Shown here piece after piece: positions 44,281 through 56,603 of a stretch of 64,000 bases of DNA. Origin of the DNA: an uncultured delta proteobacterium (GTDB taxonomy: Bacteria; Myxococcota_A; Polyangia; Fen-1088); contig CAVYGB010000010.1 in the NCBI GenBank assembly GCA_963767925.1, positions 1,600,001-1,664,000 on the forward strand, in the 5' to 3' direction. The notes below the pieces were generated by a model, which made no database searches, was not told the origin of the DNA, and saw nothing but the letters and a program-made list of their open reading frames with translations. Each line of letters starts with the position of its first letter. Within the stretch, counting starts at the first letter, position 1. Both the position numbers and the translations under genes were made by a program.

Positions 44281-46659
44281 ATGGGTTCGTCCGAGCAAGT
44301 CCCCGCATCCGAAGTCGCCGCCACCCCCGTCCCCCCGATCCCCGCGATCGACGTCGCCGGCGTGATCGCCGAGGAGCTGAAGCTCCCCCTGGCCAGCGTG
44401 GCCCGGGCGGTCGCGCTGTTGAGCGAGGGGGCCACCGTGCCCTTCGTGGCCCGCTACCGCAAGGAGGTGACGGGCGGCATGGACGAGGTCCAGCTCCAGA
44501 CCACCAAGGAGCGGGCCAGCGAGCTGACCGAGCTGGCCGACCGGCGCAAGATCGTGCTCGAGTCGATCGCCTCCCAGGGCAAGCTGACCGACGAGCTGTT
44601 CCGCCGCATCGTCGGCACCCTGTCGCGCACCGAGCTCGAGGATCTCTACCTGCCTTTCCGGCCCAAGCGCCGCACGCGGGCCATGATCGCCCGCGAGCGG
44701 GGGCTCGAGCCGCTGGCCGATCTGCTGTGGGCGGCCGAGGGCAAGCTGGCCGGCTCGCGCGAGAGCGTGGCCCAGGCCTTCGTCTCGGACGACAAGGGGG
44801 TGCCCGACGTTGAGGCGGCCTGGGCGGGGGCGCGCGACATCGTGGCCGAGCGCATCTCCGACGACGCCGACGCCCGGGCCGCCCTGCGCACCCTGACCGC
44901 CGGCGAGGGGGTGCTGCGCTCGCAGCCCTCCGGAGAGGGCAACGAGCCGGAGCGCCTGAAGTTCAAGGACTACTTCGAGTTCGCCGAGCCGGTGGCCAAG
45001 CTCCCCTCGCACCGGATCCTGGCCCTGCGCCGGGGCGAGAGCGAGGGGTTCCTGCGGCTGGGGCTGGAGGTGGACCGGGAGGTCTGCCTGACCCGGCTGC
45101 GCGGGCAGCTCCGGCGGCCCCCCGGCAACCCGCTGGCCCGGGACTTCGAGGCGGCGCTGGTCGACTCGTACGACCGGCTGCTGGCCCCCTCGATCGAGGT
45201 CGACGTGCGCCTGCAGCTCAAGGAGCGGGCCGACGCCGAGGCCATCCGCGTGTTCGCCGAGAACCTGCGCCACCTGCTGCTGGCGGCGCCCCTCGGCGGC
45301 CGGCGGGTGCTGGCGCTCGACCCCGGGTTCCGCACCGGTTGCAAGACGGTGGCCCTCGACGAGACGGGCAAGCTGCTGGAAAACGGGGTGATCTACCCGC
45401 ACGAGCCGCAGCGCCAGGTCGACGGCGCCCGCAAGGAGGTGGCCCGCCTGGTCGCCCGCCACACCCTGACCGCGGTGGCCATCGGCAACGGCACCGCCGG
45501 GCGGGAGACCGAGACGTTCGTGCGGGCCATGAAGAAGGAGAACCTGCTGCCCGAGGCGTGCCTGGTCGTGTCGGTCAACGAGAGCGGGGCCTCGGTGTAC
45601 TCCGCTTCGGAGATCGCCCGCGAGGAGTTCCCCGACCAGGACCTCACGGTGCGAGGGGCGGTCTCGATCGGCCGGCGGCTGCAGGACCCCCTGGCCGAGC
45701 TGGTCAAGATCGATCCCAAGTCGATCGGGGTGGGGCAATACCAGCACGACGTCAACCAGGGCCAGCTCGGGCGGGCGCTCGACGGCGTGGTCGAGTCCTG
45801 CGTGAACGCGGTGGGGGTCGAGCTGAACACCGCCTCGGCCAAGCTGCTGGCCTACGTGTCGGGGGTGGGGCCCACCCTGGCCAAGAACATCGTCGAGCAC
45901 CGGGCCGCCCACGGGCCCTTCCGCTCGCGGCGCGACCTCAAGAAGGTGGCCCGGCTGGGGCCCAAGGCGTTCGAGCAGGCGGCGGGCTTCTTGCGGGTGC
46001 GAGGGGGTGAAGAGCCCCTCGACGGCAGCGCGGTCCACCCCGAGAGCTACGACGTCGTCGAGCGCATGGCCAAGGATCTGGGGGTGAAGGTGGCGGCGCT
46101 GGTGGGCAACAGCGAGCTGGTGCGCAAGCTCGACATCCGCAAATACGTCGACGAGCGGCGGGGCGAGCCCACCTTGCGGGACATCGTGTCCGAGCTGGAG
46201 AAGCCCGGGCGCGACCCGCGCCAGAGCTTCGAGGAGATGCGCTTTCGCGAGGACGTCACCGAGATCGCCCACCTGCAGGAGGGCATGGTGCTCGAGGGGG
46301 TGGTGACGAACGTGACGGCCTTCGGGGCCTTCGTCGACATCGGCGTGCACCAGGACGGCCTGGTCCACGTGAGCGAGCTGGCCAACAAGTTCGTCAAGGA
46401 CCCGGCCGAGGTGGTCAAGGTGGGGGACAGGGTCAAGGTGCGCGTGCTGAAGGTGGAGAAGGACCGCAAGCGCATCGGCCTGTCGATCAAGCAGGCCAGC
46501 GCCCCCGCGGCGAACCAGCCCCGCCCCGAGCCCGAGCCCCGCGGCCCCGGCCCCCGCGGCCCGTCCGGCCCACGCCCACCCTCCGGCCCACGCCCACCTC
46601 CAGCCCCCAGCACCCCCTTCAACGCCATCCGCACCCGCCCCCTCAAGGGCCGCAACTAG
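44281..46659 (+). CDS. tex: Tex family RNA-binding transcriptional accessory protein
   Basis: GATVPFVARYRKEVTG, LEDLYLPFRPKRRT, ALDPGFRTGCK, AIGNGTAGRET, RRLQDPLAELVKIDPKSIGVGQYQHD, C-terminal S1 domain. Confidence 0.95.
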   Translation: MGSSEQVPASEVAATPVPPIPAIDVAGVIAEELKLPLASVARAVALLSEGATVPFVARYRKEVTGGMDEVQLQTTKERASELTELADRRKIVLESIASQGKLTDELFRRIVGTLSRTELEDLYLPFRPKRRTRAMIARERGLEPLADLLWAAEGKLAGSRESVAQAFVSDDKGVPDVEAAWAGARDIVAERISDDADARAALRTLTAGEGVLRSQPSGEGNEPERLKFKDYFEFAEPVAKLPSHRILALRRGESEGFLRLGLEVDREVCLTRLRGQLRRPPGNPLARDFEAALVDSYDRLLAPSIEVDVRLQLKERADAEAIRVFAENLRHLLLAAPLGGRRVLALDPGFRTGCKTVALDETGKLLENGVIYPHEPQRQVDGARKEVARLVARHTLTAVAIGNGTAGRETETFVRAMKKENLLPEACLVVSVNESGASVYSASEIAREEFPDQDLTVRGAVSIGRRLQDPLAELVKIDPKSIGVGQYQHDVNQGQLGRALDGVVESCVNAVGVELNTASAKLLAYVSGVGPTLAKNIVEHRAAHGPFRSRRDLKKVARLGPKAFEQAAGFLRVRGGEEPLDGSAVHPESYDVVERMAKDLGVKVAALVGNSELVRKLDIRKYVDERRGEPTLRDIVSELEKPGRDPRQSFEEMRFREDVTEIAHLQEGMVLEGVVTNVTAFGAFVDIGVHQDGLVHVSELANKFVKDPAEVVKVGDRVKVRVLKVEKDRKRIGLSIKQASAPAANQPRPEPEPRGPGPRGPSGPRPPSGPRPPPAPSTPFNAIRTRPLKGRN

Positions 46660-47200
46660 GGTCGCTACCTGCGTCGGACGTAGGCGAGCTTGCTCGCCGG
46701 AGTCCATCGCGGGGGGACAGGGACCCTTTGAGGGTCCCTGGTTGTCGCGTCGGACGTAGGCGAGCTTGCTCGCCGGAGTCCATCGCGGGGGGACAGGGAC
46801 CCTTTGAGGGTCCCTGGTTGTCGCGTCGGACGTAGGCGAGCTTGCTCGCCGGAGTCCATCGCGGGGGGACAGGGACCCTTTGAGGGTCCCTGGTTGTCGC
46901 GTCGGACGTAGGCGAGCTTGCTCGCCGGAGTCCATCGCGGGGGACAGGGACCCTTTGAGGGTCCCTGGTTGTCGCGTCGGACGTAGGCGAGCTTGCTCGC
47001 CGGAGTCCATCGCGGGGACAGGGACCCTTTGAGGGTCCCTGGTTGTCGCGTCGGACGTAGGCGAGCTTGCTCGCCGGAGTCCATCGCGGGGGGACAGGGA
47101 CCCTTTGAGGGTCCCTGGTTGTCGCGTCGGACGTAGGCGAGCTTGCTCGCCGGAGTCCATCGCGGGGGGACAGGGACCCTTTGAGGGTCCCTAGTTGTCG
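46656..47200. repeat. Array of seven near-identical 76-bp units, each with two hairpins (REP/BIME-like)
   Basis: Units start at 46672, 46748, 46824, 46900, 46975, 47049 and 47125. Hairpins are GGCGAGC-TT-GCTCGCC and AGGGACCCT-TTG-AGGGTCCCT. Units differ only in G-run length. Confidence 0.92.
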
Positions 47201-48819
47201 AACGACGGGAGGGGGGCGGACCAGAGGCCGTTGCGTGGGGAGTCGTTGTTGCGTTCCTTCACTATGAAGGCGGCGATGTCGCCCAGCAGGGGATTGGTGC
47301 GGGTGATGACCGTGACCACGCCGTGCTCGAGGATCAGCTCCTGGCCGCTGAGCAGGTCCTTCTGCACGAGATCGCCGGTGTGGTCCTGGCCCACCCGGGT
47401 GATGCCGAGCAGGCGGTTGGCGGGGAGCACCGCCATCGGCCCCACCCCCACCGCCAGCCGCTGCGTCTCGCCGGTGTCGAGGTCGGCCAGGTAGAGGTCG
47501 GTCGCGCCGAGGCCGAAGTGGGCCCAGAAGAGCACCTTGGTGGGGCCGCCGATGTTGGGCACGAAGCCGCGCGGCTCGAGCAGGCAGGTGGTGCCGGCGG
47601 GCGAGACGAGGCGGCCGGGCGCCAGGAGGTCCGAGGCGTCGAGGGCCATGAGCCGGCCCACCGTGCTGCGGCGGATCGCCGGGGGGGGCGGCGGGGGCTC
47701 GACCTCCAGGTAGAGCAGGTAGCGCCCGTCCTCGGTGAAGACCGGAGCGTTGCCGGGGAAGGGCAGCAGCTCGACGGTGGCGCTCGACAGCGTGCCACCC
47801 TCGCGGTCGGTGCGGAACAGCGCGGTCTGGCGGTTGCGATCGATGAGGATCGCCTCCGGACGCCCCGGGCGGTAGACGATGCCCTGCACGTCGACCATCC
47901 CCTCGGGCAGCACCAGCACCTGGCTGGCGCCGGTCGCCAGGTCGAGCTCGTGCCACATGGCGGGGCGGCCGTCCCGGGCCTCCACCGCGTAGACGAAGGT
48001 GTTGCGGTCCAGGCCCAGCCAGCAGCAGGGGTTCTCGACGGCCAGCGCCCGCTCCTCGCCGGTGGTCAGGTCGAGCACGCGGGTGCGCACCTTTCCCTCG
48101 TCGGAGACGGCCAGGACGGCGAAGCGCTGCTCGTCGTGCAGCCAGTAGCGGGAGACCGAGGGGCGCAGCGGCTGCGGGGTGCCGTGGATCCCCTGCACCC
48201 GGGTGAGCACCCGATCCGGCCCGCTGAGGTAATAGAACGTGTCCTTGCCGAAGAACGTGATGGGGCCCGCGGCGGGGCCCAGGGTGCTGTCGTGACCCGA
48301 GAGGTCGCGCAGCCGCATCTCGGGCATCGCCTCGCCAGGCACGTACCGGCGGTAGTAGAACCAGCTCCGGTCGGGGTGCATGCCGTAGCTCAGGACGTCG
48401 TCGATGCTCTCGAGGACGCCTTCGGGCAGGCGCAGGCGCAGCAGGGTTCCCACCGACAGCCCGAGCTCGGGCGCGGGGCGCTCGTCGATCATGAAGAACC
48501 CGGCGCGATCGGCGTCGGTCAGGATCGGCCACTCGTCGCGCGCCGCCCGGTCGGCCAGCACGAGCTGGTGAAAGCCGTCGCTGACGCGCGCCAGGTGCAG
48601 ATCGACCTTGGCGGCCATGTCGTTCTGGGCCTGCGAGGTGCGGACGTCGAACAACACCCACGGCTCGTCGTCCATCACCCGGAACCGTGGATTGCTGATG
48701 CCGACTCCGGGGTAGAGCAGGGTCCCTCGCACCGGTGGATCGTCGGGAAGACAGGCCCCGACCATCACCAGCACGACCAACACCCCAGGCCGCCACCGAG
48801 CCGCCGACAAGGGAGGCAC
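47191..48819 (-). CDS. Hypothetical lipoprotein, probable beta-propeller (TolB-like)
   Basis: Lipobox-like VMVGAC, with propeller-type motifs PVFTEDGRYLLY and LYLADLDTGETQRL. GTG start at 48819 is inferred. Confidence 0.7.
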   Translation of the reverse strand: MPPLSAARWRPGVLVVLVMVGACLPDDPPVRGTLLYPGVGISNPRFRVMDDEPWVLFDVRTSQAQNDMAAKVDLHLARVSDGFHQLVLADRAARDEWPILTDADRAGFFMIDERPAPELGLSVGTLLRLRLPEGVLESIDDVLSYGMHPDRSWFYYRRYVPGEAMPEMRLRDLSGHDSTLGPAAGPITFFGKDTFYYLSGPDRVLTRVQGIHGTPQPLRPSVSRYWLHDEQRFAVLAVSDEGKVRTRVLDLTTGEERALAVENPCCWLGLDRNTFVYAVEARDGRPAMWHELDLATGASQVLVLPEGMVDVQGIVYRPGRPEAILIDRNRQTALFRTDREGGTLSSATVELLPFPGNAPVFTEDGRYLLYLEVEPPPPPPAIRRSTVGRLMALDASDLLAPGRLVSPAGTTCLLEPRGFVPNIGGPTKVLFWAHFGLGATDLYLADLDTGETQRLAVGVGPMAVLPANRLLGITRVGQDHTGDLVQKDLLSGQELILEHGVVTVITRTNPLLGDIAAFIVKERNNDSPRNGLWSAPLPSFDN

Positions 48820-48857
48820 GCGGCCGAGTTTATCAGAACCGCGTTTTTGGGAAACGG

Positions 48858-51163
48858 TTATCTGCTCGGGGCGGGCGGCTGGCCCGGCGCCGGCGCCGCG
48901 CCTGTCGTTGCTGCTCCGGCTGCAGCTCCGGTCCCGCCGCCGGAGCCCTGGCTGGGAGCGCGCGAGGCGCGCGGGCCGGCTGGCGGGGCGAAGCCGCGCT
49001 TGCGCATGAGCGCGTCGATGCCGGGATCGCGCCCGCGGAAGGCGCGGTAGCCGTCGGCGGGATCGACGGTGTCGCCGGCGGAGAAGACGTTCTTGCGCAG
49101 CCGGCTCGCCACCGCCCGGTCGTAGGGGCCGCCCGCCTCGGTGAACGCCTCGAAGGCGTCGGCCGTCAGCGTGTCCGCCCACAGGTAGCTGTAGTAGCCG
49201 GCCGAGTAGCCGTCGCCGCAGAAGATGTGGCCGAACTGCGGCGTGCGGTGGCGCATGACGATCTCGCTCGGGCATGCCGAGCGCGGCGAGCGTCTCGCGC
49301 TCGAAGGCGTCGGGATCGATGTCGGCGTGCGCCGGCCAGGTGCAGCTTCATGTCGACCAGCGCGCTGCGCCAGGTACTCGACGGTGGCGAAGCCCTGGTT
49401 GAAGGTCGCCGCCTTCTCGATCTTGGCCACCAGGGCCGGCGGGGATCGGCTTGCCGGTCTCGTAGTGCAGGGCGAAGCGGTTGAGCACCTCGGGCGTGGC
49501 CAGCCAGTGCTCGAGGAGCTGCGAGGGGAACTCGACGTAGTCGCGCGCCACCGCGGTGCCGGCCAGCGAGGGGTAGCTGACGTTCGAGCTGAGGCCGTGC
49601 AGGGCGTGGCCGAACTCGTGGAACAGGGTCGTGCGCGTCGTCCCAGCTGATGAGCACCGGCTCGCCGGCGCTTGCCCTTCACGAAGTTGGAGTTGTTCGA
49701 GACGATGGTCGTGATCTCGCCGCTCGAAGCGCTCCTGCGTGCGGTAGGCGTTCATCCAGGCGCCCGAGCGCTTGCCCGCGCGCGCGTAGGGATCGAAGTA
49801 CCAGAGGCCGACGTGCTTGCCGCTGGCGCGGTCCTTGACCTCCCAGACGCGCACGTCGGGGTGGTAGACGGGGACGTCGGTGACCGGCGCGAAGGTGAAG
49901 CCGAAGAGCTCGCCCGCCACCCAGAACATCCCCTCGCGCAGCTTCTCGAGCTGCAGGTAGGGCTTCACCTCGTTCTGGTCGAGGTCGTACTTCGCCTTGC
50001 GCACCTTCTCCGCGTAGAAGCGGTAGTCCCAGGGCTCGATGCTGATGCGCCGGGCCTTCTCTCGTCGGCGATCGCCTGCATGTCGGCCACCTCCTCGCGC
50101 ACGCGGGCCACCGCCGGCGTCCAGACCGCCTCCATCAGGCCCATCGCCGCGCTCGGGCGTCTTCGCCATGGCGTCCTCGAGGCGCCAGTGGGCGTGGGTC
50201 GGGTAGCCGAGCAGCTTGGCGCGCTCGGCGCGCAGCTCGAGGATCTCGGTGATGATCGCGTTGTTGTCGTGCGCGTCGCCGTTGTCGCCGCGGTTGACGA
50301 AGCTCCGCCAGACCTTCTCGCGCAGGTCGCGCCGGGTCGAGTAGGTCAGGAACGGCTCGACCGAGGAGCGGGTGTTGGTGATGACCCACTTGCCCTTCTG
50401 CCCGCGCGCCTCGGCGGCGGCGGCGGCGCCGGCCCGCACCGAAGTCGGGCAGCCCGGCGAGGTCGGCCGGCTTGTCGAGGATCAGGGCGTGCCCTTCCTC
50501 GTCGGCCAGCAGGTTCTGGCTGAAGGTCGTGTAGAGCGTGGCCAGGCGCTGGTTGATCTCCGAGAGGCGCTTCTTGGCGGTGGCGTCGAGCTTGGCCCCC
50601 GCGCGCACGAAGTTGGTGTAGTGCCGCCAGACCAGCCGCTGCTGCTCGGGCGTCAGGCTGGCCTTGTCGGCGGCGGCGTAGACGGCCTCGATGCGCTGGA
50701 AGAGCTTCTCGTTCTGGGTGATCTCGTCGGAGAAGGCGGCGAGCTTCGGGGCCAGGCCCTTCTCGATCGCCTGGAACTCGGGGGACTTCATGGTCGAGCC
50801 CCAGACGCCGTAGACCGTCTCGACCCGGTTGAAGGTCCGGCCCGCGTCCTCCAGCGCGGCGATCGTGTTGTCGAAGGTGGCGGGGGCGGTCGCCCCGGCG
50901 ATGGCGGCGATCTCGCGGCGCAGCTCGTCCATGGCGGCGGCGAAGCCGGGCGTGAAGTGCTCGACCTTCACCTTGTCGAAGGGGGGCACCCCGCCGTGGG
51001 GGCCGGTCCACTTCGGCAGCAGGGGGTTGTCGGCCACCTCGGGCCCGGCAACGGCGGCGGCAGGGGCGCCTTCGGGGCCCGCGCCCCCGGGCGAGGAGGT
51101 GGCGCAGGCAGCCGCGACCAGGGCGACCGCACCGACAGACAAGACGTGGGTCACGCGCATCAT
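48858..51163 (-). CDS. dcp: M3 family peptidase (peptidyl-dipeptidase Dcp/oligopeptidase A-like) lipoprotein; multiple frameshifts
   Basis: NPLL...GVPPFD, PWDYRFYAEK, KRSGAWM, LFHEFGHALHGL, DYVEFPSQLLE, GYSAGYYSYLWAD, spread across frames. Confidence 0.85.
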
Positions 51164-51248
51164 CGACACTCCTTGCTCGGGGTGGACAGCGGGCAACGCC
51201 CGGGGGGTTGGCCCGGACGAGAGGGAGAGAGGGAGACGGGAGGCTAAG

Positions 51249-52577
<1,329 letters not shown>

Positions 52578-52673
52578 GCCTGCACCAGCAATTGTGCCAG
52601 AGTTTTGGCGCGCGACCGCATCTCGCGAAGGCGCGCCCTGCTGCGGGAGGTCATGCCCCCCGGCCCCTGCCGG

Positions 52674-54101
52674 TCATACCAGGGGCAGGAGCTTGGAGAG
52701 AATGAGGGCGGCCAGGACGCCGACGATCGAGTTGAAGGTCAGCAGGACCGTCCAGGTGCGCAGGGTCTGGCGCTCGGTGAAGCCGGAGAGGCGGCCGATG
52801 ACCCAGAAGCCGCTGTCGTTCATCCAGGACATGATCATCCCCCCGAACCCGATGGCGAGGAAGATGTAGATGGGGTGATAGGGCAAGGTGCCGCTGCTGG
52901 CGATGATCGGCTGCACCATCGCCGAGGTGGTCAGCAGGGCGATGGTGGTCGAGCCCTGCGCGATCCGGATGACCGAGGCGATCAGCCAGGCGAACAGGAT
53001 GAGGTTCATCTCGTGGCCGGCGGCGGAGGCTTGGATGGCGTCGCCCACCCGGGCGTTGATCAACATGTGGCCGAAGGCCCCGCCCGCGCTGGTGATGAGG
53101 ATGATGACCCCGGCGGTCTCGAAGGGGGGGCCGATGTGCTCGTTGATCTTCGCGAAGGACATGCCCCGCTGCTTCATGACCACCAGCATGGCCAGCAGGG
53201 CGCCGATGATGAGGGCCACGTTGCGGTTGCCGAGGAACTCGATGACCCCGAAGGCGGCGGGGGAGTCGACCCGGAAGCTCTTGAAGGCGGCGGCGGTGGA
53301 GGCGGCGGAGATCAGCAGGATGGGCAGCACCACCGGGAGGATCGACAGGGTGAAGGAGGGCAGCTCGCTCTCGGGGCGGTCGAGGGCCGCCGTGTCGGTC
53401 TGGCTACCGGGGACGGGAATCTGCAGCTTGCGGTTGATGCGCTTGATGAGGAACCAGGAGGCGGTCAGGGGGATGGACCCCACCAGCAAGGCGGCGATGA
53501 TGGTCTGCCCGACGTCGACGTTGAGGACGTCGGCCATGGCGAGCGGACCCGGGTGGGGGGCCACCAGGCCGTGGGTCAACACGCCGCCCGAACAGATCGC
53601 CAGGATGTACATGACGTAGTTGCGGCCGGTGCGCAGGGCCAGGGCCCGGGCGATCGGGAGCAGCAACATGAAGAAGGTGTCGAAGAAGATCGGCATCGAC
53701 AGCAGGTAGCTGGCGATGAGGATGGCCACCCCCGAGCGCTTCTCGCCGAAGACCGCCAGGAACCGGCGCACGACCTTGTCGGCGGCGCCGCTCTCCATCA
53801 GGCACATGCCGATGATGGCGGCGAGGGCGACGACCACCGCGATCTCGGCGGTCGTGTTGCCGAGCCCGACCATGGTCAGCTCGACGGCGTGGACGAAGTG
53901 GTTCTTGCCCGCCCCATCCGGCAACGTTCCCGCCGGGGTCAAAAACCCAGCGGTGATGCCGGCGAGGATCAGCGCCAGGAAGGCGTGGACGCGAAACACC
54001 GTGATGAGAACCACGATGAGCGCGACAGAGATGAGGAGGATCAGGAACGGCCAGGTCCCCGGATCCGCGCCGACAGCCTGAAGCAGGGAGAGGTTCGACA
54101 C
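52674..54101 (-). CDS. GntP family permease
   Basis: HAFLALI, IGMCLMESGAA, PIFFDT, HGLVAPHPGP, IRIAQGSTT, MNDSGFW. GTG start is inferred. Confidence 0.9.
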   Translation of the reverse strand: MSNLSLLQAVGADPGTWPFLILLISVALIVVLITVFRVHAFLALILAGITAGFLTPAGTLPDGAGKNHFVHAVELTMVGLGNTTAEIAVVVALAAIIGMCLMESGAADKVVRRFLAVFGEKRSGVAILIASYLLSMPIFFDTFFMLLLPIARALALRTGRNYVMYILAICSGGVLTHGLVAPHPGPLAMADVLNVDVGQTIIAALLVGSIPLTASWFLIKRINRKLQIPVPGSQTDTAALDRPESELPSFTLSILPVVLPILLISAASTAAAFKSFRVDSPAAFGVIEFLGNRNVALIIGALLAMLVVMKQRGMSFAKINEHIGPPFETAGVIILITSAGGAFGHMLINARVGDAIQASAAGHEMNLILFAWLIASVIRIAQGSTTIALLTTSAMVQPIIASSGTLPYHPIYIFLAIGFGGMIMSWMNDSGFWVIGRLSGFTERQTLRTWTVLLTFNSIVGVLAALILSKLLPLV

Positions 54102-54300
54102 AATGCCGACCCTTTTACACTCGCCGCCCGAGCTTCCGGGCGGAAAAACGGCGTCCGGTCGCGTTGGTCGGGGCCCGAGCCGAACGGGCGGCGGCGGCGA
54201 CCAGAAACGGGCGGCGGGGATCCCCGACACGGCGCAGGGGCCCCCGGGGAGGCGCGGTCCCGGGGGCCAGGCCCCCGGGGGATCGTGGTAGGAGGGAGGC

Positions 54301-55596
54301 ATGAAGCGATACACCCCGGTCTTGTCGCTCGTCGTGATCCTCCTGGCCGGGGGCGCCGCCCGGCCGGCCCAGGCCCAGCGCGCCGGCGCCCGCGCCGCCG
54401 GGCTCGACCCGGACAAGCTGGCCGAGCTGAAGACCGAGATGAACAAGCTTGTCGAGGCCCGCCAGATCGCCGGGGTGGTCACGCTGCTGGCCCGCCGGGG
54501 GCAGGTGGGCAGCCTGCAGGCGGTGGGGTTCAAGGACCTGGAGGCGCGCACGCCGATGCGCCCCGACACCCTCTTCCGCATCGCCTCGATGACCAAGGTC
54601 GCCACCGCGATCGGGGTGCTCCTGCTGTCCGACGACGGCAAGCTGTCGGTCGACGACCCGGTGGAGAAGCACCTGCCCGAGTTCCGGGGCCTCAAGATGG
54701 TGGGCAAGCGCGAGGGGGACAGCGTGACGCTGGTGGATCCCCCGCGGCTGATCACCATCAAGGACCTCCTGACCCACACCTCGGGCATGCGCTGCCAGCC
54801 GCCGGCCGGGTTCGCCGACCTGGGCGCGAAGAAGAACCGCAGCCTCGCCGAGGCGGTGGTGGCCTATTCGCAGCAGCCGCTCGACGGTCCGCCGGGGGTG
54901 GTCTGGAAATACTGCGGGACCGCCTTCGACACCCTCGGTCGGATCATCGAGGTGGCGGGCGGCCGCCCCTACGAGGAGTTCCTGGCCCAGCGGCTGCTCC
55001 GTCCGCTCGGCATGAAGGACACCACCTTCCGCCCAACCCGCGCCCAGTTCGCCCGGCTGGCCACCCTGTACAAGAAGGATGGCGACAAGCCCGAGTCGGG
55101 CGTCGTGCGATCGGAGAGCCAGGGGCCCGGTCCGGGCGATGCCATCCGCTACCCCAGCCCGGGCGGCGGCCTCTACTCGACGGCGGCGGACTACGCCCGC
55201 CTGTTGCAGCTCCTGCTCGATGGCGGGACCGCCGGCGGGCGGCGGCTGCTGCGGCCCGAGACGGTGGCCAACCTCAGCAAGATCCACTTCACCTCGAAGG
55301 AGAAGGTCGGGTTCTCGGCGGGGCTGGGCATGGGGCTGGGGGTGCAGGTGGTGATGACCCCGACCGACGTCACCGAGGTGATGTCGCCTGGCAGCTTCGG
55401 TCACGGAGGGGCCCACGGCACCCAGGCCTGGGTCGACCCGAAGAACGACCTGATCTACGTGCTGATGATCCAGCGCCAGGGCTTCGGCAACGGCGACATG
55501 TCCGACGTGCGCCGGGCCTTCCAGCGGGTGGGGGCGAGCGCCGTCGTCAAGCCCAAGCAGACGTCGACCTCGATCCCGGCGCAGGGTCCGAGCTGA
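54301..55596 (+). CDS. Serine hydrolase, beta-lactamase class C-like family
   Basis: Signal peptide, FRIASMTK (SxxK), LLTHTSG, WKY, GGGLYST, FGHGG. Confidence 0.92.
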   Translation: MKRYTPVLSLVVILLAGGAARPAQAQRAGARAAGLDPDKLAELKTEMNKLVEARQIAGVVTLLARRGQVGSLQAVGFKDLEARTPMRPDTLFRIASMTKVATAIGVLLLSDDGKLSVDDPVEKHLPEFRGLKMVGKREGDSVTLVDPPRLITIKDLLTHTSGMRCQPPAGFADLGAKKNRSLAEAVVAYSQQPLDGPPGVVWKYCGTAFDTLGRIIEVAGGRPYEEFLAQRLLRPLGMKDTTFRPTRAQFARLATLYKKDGDKPESGVVRSESQGPGPGDAIRYPSPGGGLYSTAADYARLLQLLLDGGTAGGRRLLRPETVANLSKIHFTSKEKVGFSAGLGMGLGVQVVMTPTDVTEVMSPGSFGHGGAHGTQAWVDPKNDLIYVLMIQRQGFGNGDMSDVRRAFQRVGASAVVKPKQTSTSIPAQGPS

Positions 55597-55652
55597 GGAC
55601 CATCGTGCGATCTGGCCTCGTCGCCCAGCGTCTTCCGTCCCGGGGGTTGTCC

Positions 55653-56603
55653 ATGCGTTCTTCGATCCCGCTGCTGCTCGTCCTCGTGTCCGCCGCGGCC
55701 TGCGCCGGCACGCACCCCTCGACCGACAACGGCCGGACCGGCGCGCCCGGGGAGACGCCGGCCGCTCCAGCGGCACCGGCCGCCGAGCCAGCGCCCGCGG
55801 CGCCCGCCGAAGGACCGGCGGCACCCGCTGCTCCAGCGACACCGGCGGAACCGGCAGCTCCGGCAGCTCCGGCGGAGCCGGCGGCACCTGCCGCTGCAGC
55901 AGCACCGGCCGCTCCAGCGGCCCCCGCGCCGATGGGGCAGGCGCCCTCCGGGCGCGAGGTGCTCGTGTTCACCCGGACCACCGGATACCGCCACGCCTCG
56001 ATCGAAAAGGCCGCCGAGTCGACCCGCCAGGCGCTGGTGGCGGCGGGGTGGAAGGTGCAGGTCACCGACGACCCCAAGGTGTTCGCCCCGGGATCGCTGA
56101 GCCGATTTGCTGGCATCGTCCTCGTGAGCACCACCGGCAAGCCGCTCGGCGACCCCGCCGTGGACGAGCTGGCGGGCTTCGAGACCTGGCTGCGCGCCGG
56201 CGGCGGTCTCGCCGCCCTGCACGCCGCTTCCAGCACGCAATACGACGCGGCCCTGCCCTACATCCGGCTGGTCGGCGGCAAGTTCATCAACCATCCGGGG
56301 AGCGTGCGGCCGGCCAACTGCTACCCGGAGGGCAACCACCCTGCGGTGGCGAAGCTCCCCTCCCCTTTCCCGGTGCGCGATGAGATCTACCGCTTCGAGC
56401 AGCTCCGCCCGGACAACCTCGTGATGCTCCGCTGCGACGAGCTCACCGGCGGGGGGAAGCTGCCCATCGCCTGGCACCGCCAGGAGGGCGCGGGCCGCGT
56501 CTTCTATTCTGCGCTCGGCCACGCCGCCGAAGATTTCGCTCCGGAATCCCGGGTTTTCCGGGATCACTTGCTGCCCGGAATCCTCTGGGCTTTGTCGCGC
56601 TGA
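55653..56603 (+). CDS. ThuA domain lipoprotein with Ala/Pro-rich linker
   Basis: Lipobox AAAC, PAAPAE repeats, LVFTRTTGYRHASI, GGGLAALH, DEIY, GRVFYSALGH. Confidence 0.88.
   Translation: MRSSIPLLLVLVSAAACAGTHPSTDNGRTGAPGETPAAPAAPAAEPAPAAPAEGPAAPAAPATPAEPAAPAAPAEPAAPAAAAAPAAPAAPAPMGQAPSGREVLVFTRTTGYRHASIEKAAESTRQALVAAGWKVQVTDDPKVFAPGSLSRFAGIVLVSTTGKPLGDPAVDELAGFETWLRAGGGLAALHAASSTQYDAALPYIRLVGGKFINHPGSVRPANCYPEGNHPAVAKLPSPFPVRDEIYRFEQLRPDNLVMLRCDELTGGGKLPIAWHRQEGAGRVFYSALGHAAEDFAPESRVFRDHLLPGILWALSR

Noticed and set aside
43993..47160. 1055-aa minus-strand ORF with repeated MDSGEQARLRPT (also 46643..48796 and 46665..47084)
   Set aside because: It is a translation of the non-coding 76-bp array joined to the antisense of tex or an off-frame of the lipoprotein gene.
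46656..47200. CRISPR or other guide-RNA array
   Set aside because: Units are identical end to end with no variable spacers, and no cas-like gene is in the window.
54301..55596. Antibiotic-resistance beta-lactamase
   Set aside because: The motifs fit the broad class C-like serine hydrolase/esterase family and lack the AmpC YxN/KTG signature.
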